Positions 23,401-31,700 of a stretch of 46,069 nt of DNA are shown here, piece after piece (positions within the stretch are counted from its first letter, which is position 1; each line of letters starts with the position of its first letter). The notes under the pieces were generated by a model. That model saw only the letters and a list, made by a program, of their open reading frames with translations, was not told the DNA's origin and did no database searches. A program made the position numbers and the translations under genes. The stretch comes from Phycisphaera mikurensis (GTDB lineage Bacteria; Planctomycetota; B15-G4; JADJEK01). The DNA is taken from assembly GCA_020723465.1 (NCBI GenBank), contig DYIW01000007.1:1-46069 (forward strand), written 5' to 3'.

Positions 23401-25101
23401 TCACTTCAGCTTCGGCAGCACTTCGACCGTCTTGGTGACGTTGTTGCTGGCCGCCAGGTACATGTAGCCGCTGGTGCCCGTCCAGAGGCGGTCGTGGTTG
23501 TAGCCCGGCGTGCCCGGCAGGGTCGTGGGGCTGCCGTCCTCATCCACCCACATGCACGCGTCCGACACGTGCGTGGCGTTGTCGCGCGTGATGATGTGGT
23601 GGTAGCTGAACGCGTGCGAGCCGCCCCACAGGTTCAGGGTGTAGCCCGGGCAGCCGATGCCCCAGATGGCCTTGAGGTTCATGTAGCCGAGCATGACCAT
23701 CTTCACGTTCACCACGCCGAGCATGGCGATCATGCTCGAGCTCAGGCCGGCGCAGTCCGAGCAGTTGACGTACTTGCCCTTGGCGTGGGCGTTGAGCAGC
23801 GCCGACAGATCCATGGTGACCGTGCCGAACGAGTAGTAGTGCGTGGCGCCGCCGTCCCCGCCCACGATCGGGCAGTCGTACATCACACCCTCGATGGCCG
23901 TGGGCAGCCCGCCCTGCTGGCCGAAGATGCCGAGGACCATCACCTGGTTGGTCGTGGCCTGGTCCACGGCGCGTTTGACCAGTCCGATCCTCCAGGAGTT
24001 CAGGTACTCCGCGACCTCGACCCAGGGCCCGCTGTACTGCGTGCCGCTCGCGCCGCTGGCGAACTGCGGGGCGTTGACGATGGTGTAGAAGCGGTGCGCG
24101 GTGGTGAACGAGCCCGAGACGTCCAGCCACTCGGCCGCTCCGGTCGCGCGGTACTGCCAGCGCCAGGTCACGCCCACGTCGGTGCGCATGGCCTCGCTTG
24201 GCAGGGCCGGACCGGTCAACAGGGCCGTGCCGCCGGGCGTGATCGAGGTCGTGGTGCCGGTCCACGCGCCTTCCGAGTCCTCGCCCTGGACGCGGATCTC
24301 GTAGCCGGACACCGGGTAGCCCGCCGGCACCGGCGCGGCTGTCAGGGCCGACGTGCCCTCCGCGCCGAACGTCAGCTCCAGGACCGGCTGGGTGTTGACC
24401 AGGTAGCAGAGCGGGTAGTTGTACTCGTCGTCGTCGTAGTTCGCGCCTTCCATGACCGGCTCGTGGGTCGCGGTGTGCACCGGCACGGCCGGCCGCGGCG
24501 AACCGTCGTTCAGGTCGAGGTCCGAGACCTCGCCCGTGTCCTTGACCGACAGGTACTCGTGGATGGCCGGCGTGGCGTAGAAGGCGTAGGTCGTGCTCTT
24601 GCGGAAGTAGACCATCTGCCACTCGTTGGTGCCGCCGTTGGGCCGCGCCTCGATCTCCGTGATGCCGAGGCGCACGATGTTCACCGGGTAGAGGAGCGGC
24701 GCGCTGCCGCTCTCCGGCGCGCGGATGCGGATCGTGTAGTCCCCGGGATCGACGAAAGCGCCGCCGCCGTTCTTGCCGTCCCAGAAGAGCTTGATGGCGC
24801 TCGCCGAGCCGTGCACCACGGAGTCGCTGAGGGTGCGGATCACCGCGGCGCCCTGCAGCACCTCGGCGATCACGCGCCAGCGCCCGGTGGCCGGCTTCAG
24901 GAAGTAGCGCACGTGCACGCCGCCGTGCGCGAGCTTGGGATCGGCGATGCGCGTGTAGGCCCCGGGAATGAGCCTGCCCGTCACCTTCTTCGGCAGCGCC
25001 CGGCCCGGAGCGGCCGGGGCGAGGAGCAGCAGGAGAGCTGCCGCGCCCAGCAGGGCCCGGCATGAGGCGGTCGCAACGAACCTCGAGGACGTTTCTCTCA
25101 C
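23401..25101 (-). CDS. Secreted protein with an N-terminal FlgD-Ig-like domain and a C-terminal transglutaminase/papain-like Cys-His-Asp core.
   Basis: It has a signal peptide. KLFWDGKNGGGAFVDPGDYTIRI is an FlgD-Ig-type motif. NCSDCAGLSSSMIAMLG, FSYHHIITRD and HVSDACMWVD occur in the order and spacing of a transglutaminase-like triad. Confidence 0.55.
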   Translation of the reverse strand: MRETSSRFVATASCRALLGAAALLLLLAPAAPGRALPKKVTGRLIPGAYTRIADPKLAHGGVHVRYFLKPATGRWRVIAEVLQGAAVIRTLSDSVVHGSASAIKLFWDGKNGGGAFVDPGDYTIRIRAPESGSAPLLYPVNIVRLGITEIEARPNGGTNEWQMVYFRKSTTYAFYATPAIHEYLSVKDTGEVSDLDLNDGSPRPAVPVHTATHEPVMEGANYDDDEYNYPLCYLVNTQPVLELTFGAEGTSALTAAPVPAGYPVSGYEIRVQGEDSEGAWTGTTTSITPGGTALLTGPALPSEAMRTDVGVTWRWQYRATGAAEWLDVSGSFTTAHRFYTIVNAPQFASGASGTQYSGPWVEVAEYLNSWRIGLVKRAVDQATTNQVMVLGIFGQQGGLPTAIEGVMYDCPIVGGDGGATHYYSFGTVTMDLSALLNAHAKGKYVNCSDCAGLSSSMIAMLGVVNVKMVMLGYMNLKAIWGIGCPGYTLNLWGGSHAFSYHHIITRDNATHVSDACMWVDEDGSPTTLPGTPGYNHDRLWTGTSGYMYLAASNNVTKTVEVLPKLK

Positions 25102-25285
25102 GACAGCCTCCTTTTGCAGGCGGCGCGATCGGCGGCTCTGTCTGGTAGCGGCTTCGGGCCGGGCGGCAACAGGGCGGAGGGGCCCGGACCGTGAAGTCCC
25201 CGAAATGGTAACACGGGAACGGACCGCCGCGAAGGCCGGATTCCGCGCCGCGCCGCCGTCAAGCCGCCCGCTTCTCGGGCACGTT

Positions 25286-26164
25286 TCAGGCGAGCGAATC
25301 GAGGACCTTGACGATCTCCTGGCGGCGCGCGAGGAGCCTCTCCATCTCCTGCGGGAGGACGATCGGGGGATCGTTCCCCGGATGCGCGCGCAGGTCGTTC
25401 TCGCAGAGACTCGCCGTGCCCAGCGCGAGATGCGCGAGGTCGTCGGCGATGCGCACCAGCGCCGCGTTCTGCGGCCGCTCCGGCGCCGCCTTGGGGTGGT
25501 GATGGAAGCGCACGGCCTCGGCGAGGTGCTGCGGAAGCTGCCAGCTCCGCAGGAGGCTGGCGCCCACGTCGCAGTGGAACTCGGTGGCGAGCGCTTCGAT
25601 GTCTTCCCGAGGAACCACGAGCACCTTACGCGCCTTGACGCCCATCCTGGCCTTGAGATCGACGATGGCCTGCAGCAGCACGGGCTTGCCGACGTCGTGC
25701 AGCAGGCCGCAGAGGAACGCCTCGTCGGCGTTCCACCGGCGCAGCCGCGCGATCTCCTGCCCGAAGGCGGCCGCGGCCACCGAGTGGTGCAGCAGCTCGC
25801 GCACCTGCCCGTCGAAGCCGGCGACCTTGAACACCCTGCTTTCGCAGGAGACGAGCAGCGCGATCTCGCGGATGCGCGCGAGCCCGAGCCGGCTCAAGGC
25901 CTGCTGCACCGAGTCGATGGGGGTCGCCGCGCAGTAGAGCGCGGAGTTGGCGAGGCGCAGGACGTGGCCCGTCATGAACGGGTCGCGGCCGATGATCCGG
26001 GCGAGGCGCGCGAGGTCGCAGTCCTCGTCGAAGCTGGCGGAGATCACCTGGTTCGCCGCGTCGGGAAGCACGGGCAGCTCGAGCCTGCCGGCGCGGATCA
26101 GGTCGGCCAGGTTGTCGCGCAGCGCGCCGAGAAGGAGGTCAGACGAGCATTCCGGTATTCCCAA
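25286..26164 (-). CDS. HDOD-domain signalling protein.
   Basis: LPVLPDAANQVI, IIGRDPFMTGHVLRLANSALY, SVQQALSRLGL, HHSVAAAAF and CGLLHDVGKPVLL are the HDOD blocks. Confidence 0.85.
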   Translation of the reverse strand: MGIPECSSDLLLGALRDNLADLIRAGRLELPVLPDAANQVISASFDEDCDLARLARIIGRDPFMTGHVLRLANSALYCAATPIDSVQQALSRLGLARIREIALLVSCESRVFKVAGFDGQVRELLHHSVAAAAFGQEIARLRRWNADEAFLCGLLHDVGKPVLLQAIVDLKARMGVKARKVLVVPREDIEALATEFHCDVGASLLRSWQLPQHLAEAVRFHHHPKAAPERPQNAALVRIADDLAHLALGTASLCENDLRAHPGNDPPIVLPQEMERLLARRQEIVKVLDSLA

Positions 26165-26479
26165 GGGAGACGCCTCCGTCTAGGATCGACCGAGCATCCG
26201 GGGCGGGTGGTTCGACTCCGCTGGAGGCGAGCCGTGGTCGCATGCAGATGCTTCCAGCCCCTCCCCTATCGGCGATCGCCGGCCCTCGCTTTGAGGCGAG
26301 CCGCGCCTGGCGACAGAAAGGGGAGCGGCGGAACCTCGGCCTTGGGCCGAGGGAGGGGGCGATTTCGTTGCGGCGTGGGGAAATACGCGCATGAGCGTTC
26401 TCGCGGCACCTGCGTCACCGGCGCCGCGTTCTTCGTGTTGCGTCTCTGCTCTTCAGGATTCTTCTGCGGAGGATTCACC

Positions 26480-27712
26480 ATGCGCTGTCGTTTGCTGTTC
26501 TCTTGTCTGGCCGGAGCACTGCTGCTCCTGGCCATGGTTCCCCAGGCGGGCGGCCAGAGCCTTTGGGGCGTGCACGGCCCGACCGCTACCGTCACGCAGA
26601 TGACCGGGCCGCCGGCTGGGCCGTGCGGCTACCCGACCGGCCCGATCATCGGCGGCTTCTTCTACGCCTTGCCGTGGATCTGCCCCACGGCCGGGTTCTT
26701 TCCTCCGATGCTCCCCGTCGGCGACGTGACCGTGGACATGCTCACGGACCACGTGTGGGTCTCCGACGGCCCGTTCGTGACGGAATACACCAAGGCGGGT
26801 GCGGTGGTCAGTTCCTTCACCAATCCGCTCTTGGCGCCGCTGACCGGGCTGGGCTGGGGCCTGTCGCCGGTTGGAGTCGCATCCGGCGTTCTCTGGCTGA
26901 CAGACGGAACCTGGGCGGCAGCCGTCACTCCGCCCCCGCCTCCGGGGTGCGCTCCGCCGGTGTTCGTCGTCCCGCCCTTCCTGCTGATCGCGACGCCGCT
27001 CCCGGCGACCGACATCGACTACGATCCGGGCACGGGCACCCTCTTCCTGACCTCGGCCGCCGGCCTCATCGCCAACGAGGTCATCGGCGGCGGGCCCGGG
27101 CCCTTCGGCGTGTTCCCGCCGCCGTGCATTGGCGGCTTCCTCGACGGCATCGCGGTGGACAAGTCCGCGGGCAAGCGCCTCTACGCCACGGACGGCGTCA
27201 CGGTCGCCTACATGTTCTTCGGCGGGGCGCCGGCCGGCGCGACCTTCTACACCACGATGCCGCCCTGCTACCCGTGGGCCGGGGCCGTTCCCGTCTCCGG
27301 GCTGGCCTTCGACGCCGCGCCCATCAGCTACGGGGCCGGGGCCAACCCGGGAGGGATGGCGGCTCCGCCGGTGGCCGGCGCGCTCGGCGAGGCGGTCTCG
27401 CCCAACGCGAGCTTCGCCCTGACGCTCGCGGGCGCCACGCCGGGCGGCCTGGCCTACCTCTTCATCGGCACGGGCGCTCCCTGCCCGGCGCCGCTGTTCT
27501 GGGGCTGCCCGATCCTGGTGGCGCCGATCCCGGTGATCATCGGGCCGATCCCGGTGCCCGCGGGCGGGGGCTTCACGATCATGTCGGCCATTCCCGGCGG
27601 TTGGGGCGGCATGGGAGTGTCCGCCTACCTGCAGTGGATCGTGGCGCGGCCCATGCCCCTCGGCGGCTACCAGACCACGCAGGCGCTCGAGCTGACGCTG
27701 GCGGCGCCGTGA
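26480..27712 (+). CDS. Secreted Pro/Gly/Ala-rich protein, paralog 1 (410 aa). It has propeller-like blades plus a C-terminal beta-sandwich-like module.
   Basis: The signal peptide is MRCRLLFSCLAGALLLLAMVPQAGGQ. It is collinear and equal in length to 27840..29072, with many synonymous third-position differences, which validates this frame. Confidence 0.7.
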   Translation: MRCRLLFSCLAGALLLLAMVPQAGGQSLWGVHGPTATVTQMTGPPAGPCGYPTGPIIGGFFYALPWICPTAGFFPPMLPVGDVTVDMLTDHVWVSDGPFVTEYTKAGAVVSSFTNPLLAPLTGLGWGLSPVGVASGVLWLTDGTWAAAVTPPPPPGCAPPVFVVPPFLLIATPLPATDIDYDPGTGTLFLTSAAGLIANEVIGGGPGPFGVFPPPCIGGFLDGIAVDKSAGKRLYATDGVTVAYMFFGGAPAGATFYTTMPPCYPWAGAVPVSGLAFDAAPISYGAGANPGGMAAPPVAGALGEAVSPNASFALTLAGATPGGLAYLFIGTGAPCPAPLFWGCPILVAPIPVIIGPIPVPAGGGFTIMSAIPGGWGGMGVSAYLQWIVARPMPLGGYQTTQALELTLAAP

Positions 27713-27839
27713 GGCGACGCGGGCGCGCACGGAGGCGCCTCTCGATACGTGAAGGGTCCCCTCGCCCGCTTCCCCTGGGCGAGGGGCGCCGGTGGTGCTA
27801 TCGGTGCGCACGTCAGGTCTTCTCCGAGGAGGATTCGCC

Positions 27840-29072
27840 ATGCGCACTCGTCTGTTGCTTCTGCTTGTCGCCGGGGCAGTCCTTGCCCTGGCTGTCGTTC
27901 CCCAGGCCGGCGGACAGAGCCTCTGGGGCGTGAACGGCCCTACCGCGACCGTAGCCCAGTTGACCGGGCCGCCCTTCGGGGCCTGCGCCTATCCCACGGG
28001 CCCCGGCATCGGCGGCTTCTTCTACGCCCTGCCGTGGGCCTGCCCCAGCGCGGGCCCCTTCCCGCCTGGAGGCATGATGGGCGACGTGGCCGTGGACATG
28101 TTCATGGACACCGTCTGGGTCACGGATGGGTTCAGCGTCACGGAGTACACCAAGGCGGGCGCCGTGGTGAACTCCTTCGCCAACCCGCTGCCCCTTCCTC
28201 TCACCGGGCTGGGCTGGAGCGCCCTGCCGGGCGCGGTCGCGGCCGGTGTGCTCTGGCTGACCGACGGATTTCTCGCCGCGGCGGTCATCCCGCCGCCCGC
28301 GCCCGGATGCGTCGCGCCGGCGTTCTTCGTCCCGCCGTTTCCGCTGATCGCCACGCCACCGCCCGCGACCGACATCGACTACGATGCGGGCTCAGGCACG
28401 CTCTTCCTGACGTCGGCCGTGGGACTGATCGCCAACGAGCTCGTGGGAGGCGGAGTCGGACCGTTCGGCGTGTTCCCGCCGCCCTGCTTCGCCGGCGTCT
28501 TTCTCGACGGGATCGCGGTGGACAAGTCCGCGGGCATGACGCTCTACGCAACCGATGGAGTCACGATCGCCCGCATGCTCTTCGGCGGGGCGCCGGCCGC
28601 TCCGACCTTCTACACCACGGTTCCGTGCTTCCCGTGGGCCGGGATCGTTCCGTTGTCCGGTCTGGCCTTCGATGCGACACCCATCAGCTATGGAGCGGGC
28701 GCCAACCCGGGCGCGGTGCCGCCGCCGCCGGTCGCTGGAACCGTGGGCCAGGCCACCTCGCCCAATCCCACGTTCGCCCTGACTCTGGCGGGCGCCATGC
28801 CAGGCGGCCTGGCCTACCTGTTCGTCGGCACCGGCGCACCCTGCCCGGCGCCGCTGTTCTTCGCTTGCCCGATCCTGGTGGCGCCGATTCCGCTGATCGT
28901 CGGGCCGATCCCGGTTCCCGTGGCCGGCGGCTTCACCATCCCGGCGGCCATTCCCGCGGGCTTCGGCGGCTTCGGGCTGTCCGCCTACCTGCAGTGGATC
29001 GTGGCCAGACCCCTGCCGCTCGGCGGCTACCAGACCACGCAAGCGCTCGAAATGACCCTCGCGGCGCCGTGA
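27840..29072 (+). CDS. Secreted Pro/Gly/Ala-rich protein, paralog 2 (410 aa).
   Basis: The signal peptide is MRTRLLLLLVAGAVLALAVVPQAGGQ. The RBS context GAGGATTCGCCATG compares with GAGGATTCACCATG in paralog 1. Confidence 0.7.
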   Translation: MRTRLLLLLVAGAVLALAVVPQAGGQSLWGVNGPTATVAQLTGPPFGACAYPTGPGIGGFFYALPWACPSAGPFPPGGMMGDVAVDMFMDTVWVTDGFSVTEYTKAGAVVNSFANPLPLPLTGLGWSALPGAVAAGVLWLTDGFLAAAVIPPPAPGCVAPAFFVPPFPLIATPPPATDIDYDAGSGTLFLTSAVGLIANELVGGGVGPFGVFPPPCFAGVFLDGIAVDKSAGMTLYATDGVTIARMLFGGAPAAPTFYTTVPCFPWAGIVPLSGLAFDATPISYGAGANPGAVPPPPVAGTVGQATSPNPTFALTLAGAMPGGLAYLFVGTGAPCPAPLFFACPILVAPIPLIVGPIPVPVAGGFTIPAAIPAGFGGFGLSAYLQWIVARPLPLGGYQTTQALEMTLAAP

Positions 29073-29090
29073 GGTCGCCTCCGCGGCGTA

Positions 29091-30287
29091 TCAGTTCAGG
29101 CGCTTCTTGGTCTTGATCGTGCCCTCGAGCACGGCGCCGCTGTTCGACAAGTGAATGGTCCCCTTCGCCCTTTTCAGGTCGAAGAAGGAGCCCTTCTTCC
29201 TCTTCTCCTTCCAGGTGAGGGCGAGGTGCGCGCGCGGCTCGCCCGTGGCCACGCGCGGCCGCTGGTGCCCCGTGAAGAGCCGCAGCGCCTTCTTGGGGTT
29301 GTGCTGCTCGTAGCCGTGGAAGACCACCGCGCCGCCCTGGAACGCTCCCGGACCGTTGTCGAGGGCGAGGTAAGCGACGACGTCTCCGGGGAAGTAGGAG
29401 AGGACTCCGGTCCTCTCGACCTTGCCCGGGGCGCCCGAGAGGCTGCCCTTGACCTCGACGCGGAAGCGCCACGGAGCGCAGGCCAGGCCGATCGGGCCCG
29501 AGCCCGCTTCCTCGAACAGAATCGCCTGCGGGTAGATGACGACCCGGCCGTTCTGGTAGGAGGCAGCGAACAGCTCGAGGTCCGGCCCGACCGCCAGGTC
29601 CATCGGGTAGGCGACGAGCGAGTTCGACAGGGCGCCGCCTGGCCCGACGACCTTGTTCGCCCCGCCGCAGGCCATGAAGAGCTGGTTCAGGGCCCAGCCC
29701 AGGAACTCCGGCCCGGACTGGGTCGATGTCTGGCTGACCGGGTGTCCTTCGAGCGAGTACTCGACCAGGACGTTGGAGAAGTACCCGGCCGCAAGCAGCC
29801 GGCCGTCTGGAGAGAGCGTGACGCCGCTGGTGCCGTCCAGGTTGGCGAACCAGGGATTGTCCAGGTACTGCTTGCCGGAGGTCACGTCCACGACCGAGTC
29901 GAGGTGCGTGGAGGCCACGAACAGGTTGCCGCCGGGGCCAAAGACCAGGCCCTGCGGGCCGTCGACGCCGCTGGCCGGGAGATACTGGGTCTCCGCGTAG
30001 CCGGCGAGATCGCTCTGGAAGGAAGCGATGCGATCGTCGTCGCGGGACGACGCGTAGAGGCGCCCGTCCGGGCCGAAGCACAGGTCCCACAGGCCGTTGA
30101 ACGCCTTGTCCTGGCCGAAGGAGCGCACCGGGTTGCCGTTCCGGTCGAGCTCCAGGATGCGGCCCTGGTTCTTGAGCGCCACGAAGAGGTGCCCGGCGGC
30201 GAACTCGGCCGAGCCCGCTCCCAGGAGCGCTGGAGAAGCGGCAAGGAGCAGGCCGGCGGCCAGGAGGGAGAGGCGAAGAGCGCGCAT
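29091..30287 (-). CDS. Secreted NHL-repeat-like beta-propeller protein with an uncharacterised C-terminal domain.
   Basis: The signal peptide is MRALRLSLLAAGLLLAASPALLGAG. Blades include LWDLCFGPDGRLYASS, PQGLVFGPGGNLFVAS and GVTLSPDGRLLAAG. Only the C-terminal 398 codons of the 1133-aa track ORF are credible. Confidence 0.7.
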   Translation of the reverse strand: MRALRLSLLAAGLLLAASPALLGAGSAEFAAGHLFVALKNQGRILELDRNGNPVRSFGQDKAFNGLWDLCFGPDGRLYASSRDDDRIASFQSDLAGYAETQYLPASGVDGPQGLVFGPGGNLFVASTHLDSVVDVTSGKQYLDNPWFANLDGTSGVTLSPDGRLLAAGYFSNVLVEYSLEGHPVSQTSTQSGPEFLGWALNQLFMACGGANKVVGPGGALSNSLVAYPMDLAVGPDLELFAASYQNGRVVIYPQAILFEEAGSGPIGLACAPWRFRVEVKGSLSGAPGKVERTGVLSYFPGDVVAYLALDNGPGAFQGGAVVFHGYEQHNPKKALRLFTGHQRPRVATGEPRAHLALTWKEKRKKGSFFDLKRAKGTIHLSNSGAVLEGTIKTKKRLN

Positions 30288-30304
30288 GGGCTGGGTCTCC
30301 GGAG

Positions 30305-31579
30305 TCAGTTGAGCGCCTTCACGGTCTTCACCGTGCCGTGGAAGAGGTTGTTCTGGTTCGCCGCGTGGAAGCTGCCCGAGGCCTTCTCCACGTCCTGGAT
30401 GCGGCCGGCGGCGCTGCGTTTCACGTCGATCTCGAGGCCGATCGAGGCGAAGCCGAAGTTCGGGAAGGCGTTCGAGTAGGCCGGCCGCTGCGTGCCGTGG
30501 AAGCGGACCGGGCCGGTGCCCCAGTCCGGGTCCTGGTAGCCCTGCAGCACGAAGGCGTCCCCAAGCCGCGAGGCGATCTCCCCCGAGTACTTGAACAGGA
30601 GCATGGCCTGCGGCGTGTGGGGGAGGATCGAAAGGACCGCATTCTCGTCCACCTTGATGCGCACGCTCGACTCGAGGAGCGTCCCGCGCACGCGCACCTG
30701 CAGGCGCTTGGGCACCACGACCAGGCCGCGCGGCGACTGCAGGGGCGAGGCGGCAGTGAAGGTCTCGCCGTCCGCGCCGGCCTGCGAGGGATCGGGGAAG
30801 CGCGCGACCGAGTGCTGGGTGTAGCTGCTCGCCAGCAGGGCGCCGTCCAGGGCGAAGGCGATCCCGCTCGCGTTCCGGAGGACCGCGGCGTTCGCGATCT
30901 TCGCGCTGGCCAGCTCGATGTAGTCGGGGCCAAAGACGTGCACGCTCCAGTCGTCCCAGTCCGCCACCAGGTAGCGGCCGTCCGCGGACGGGAGGATCGC
31001 CGTGGCGCGGAAGTAGCCGTTCACGGTCTTCTCGACGATTCCCGCCTCGTCGAAGGCGTGGAACGTCTGCGTCGCGCCCTGTTGCGCGAACACGAGCACG
31101 TGGCCGTCGGCGCTCTGCGCTCCCTGCCGCGGCGCGAGCAGGGCCGGGTCGTTGACCGCGTACCCGAGCGCCGTGCCCGTGCGGCCGAAGATGTACACGA
31201 CGTCGTCCGCGGGCGAGGTGACCCAGAGCGTGCCGCCCGGCCCCATCCAGAGGTCGCCCGGTTCGTAGGCGAGCGGGATGTCGCGGACCTGGACCCACGA
31301 CGAGTCGTAGGCGACCAGGCCGGGTTCGCCGGGCAGCGAGCCGCCGCGGATCATCCAGAGGAGGCCTTCCGGGTCGAAGGCCGGAGTGTGGGGCGGGCCG
31401 ACGTAGATGCCGCCGGCAGTCCCCACGTACTCGCCCTTCCGGTCGAACTCGAGGAGCTCCTGGGAGCCCTCCGACACGACGAGGACGTGTCCGGCCTGGT
31501 ACCCGCCGGCGAGCGCCCGGGAGGGCGCGGAAGCGGCGAGGGCCAGGGCGAAGAGAAGAAGAAGTGGGCGGCGAGACAT
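30305..31579 (-). CDS. Secreted NHL/propeller-like protein, a distant paralog of 29091..30287.
   Basis: The signal peptide is MSRRPLLLLFALALAASAPSRALAGG, and RBS GGAGGAGGA lies upstream. Blade-like motifs are present. The C-terminal end GSFHAANQNNLFHGTVKTVKALN compares with GTIHLSNSGAVLEGTIKTKKRLN. Confidence 0.65.
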   Translation of the reverse strand: MSRRPLLLLFALALAASAPSRALAGGYQAGHVLVVSEGSQELLEFDRKGEYVGTAGGIYVGPPHTPAFDPEGLLWMIRGGSLPGEPGLVAYDSSWVQVRDIPLAYEPGDLWMGPGGTLWVTSPADDVVYIFGRTGTALGYAVNDPALLAPRQGAQSADGHVLVFAQQGATQTFHAFDEAGIVEKTVNGYFRATAILPSADGRYLVADWDDWSVHVFGPDYIELASAKIANAAVLRNASGIAFALDGALLASSYTQHSVARFPDPSQAGADGETFTAASPLQSPRGLVVVPKRLQVRVRGTLLESSVRIKVDENAVLSILPHTPQAMLLFKYSGEIASRLGDAFVLQGYQDPDWGTGPVRFHGTQRPAYSNAFPNFGFASIGLEIDVKRSAAGRIQDVEKASGSFHAANQNNLFHGTVKTVKALN

Positions 31580-31700
31580 GGCTCCTCCTCCGGCTGCTGT
31601 GTTGAGATAGCACCGCCGTCGACGTCCGGGTCCGGAATCGTGGGCGCAGGCCTGCGCCGCGCGGCATCCAGGTCCGGGCGGAACGTGGCGGAGGCGGAAG

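Noticed and set aside
24968-26479. N-terminal 504 codons of the 914-aa ORF 24968..27712.
   Set aside because: This part is antisense to the HDOD gene and to the start of the transglutaminase-like gene and has no protein-like features. The real gene starts at the signal peptide Met (26480), as confirmed by its paralog.
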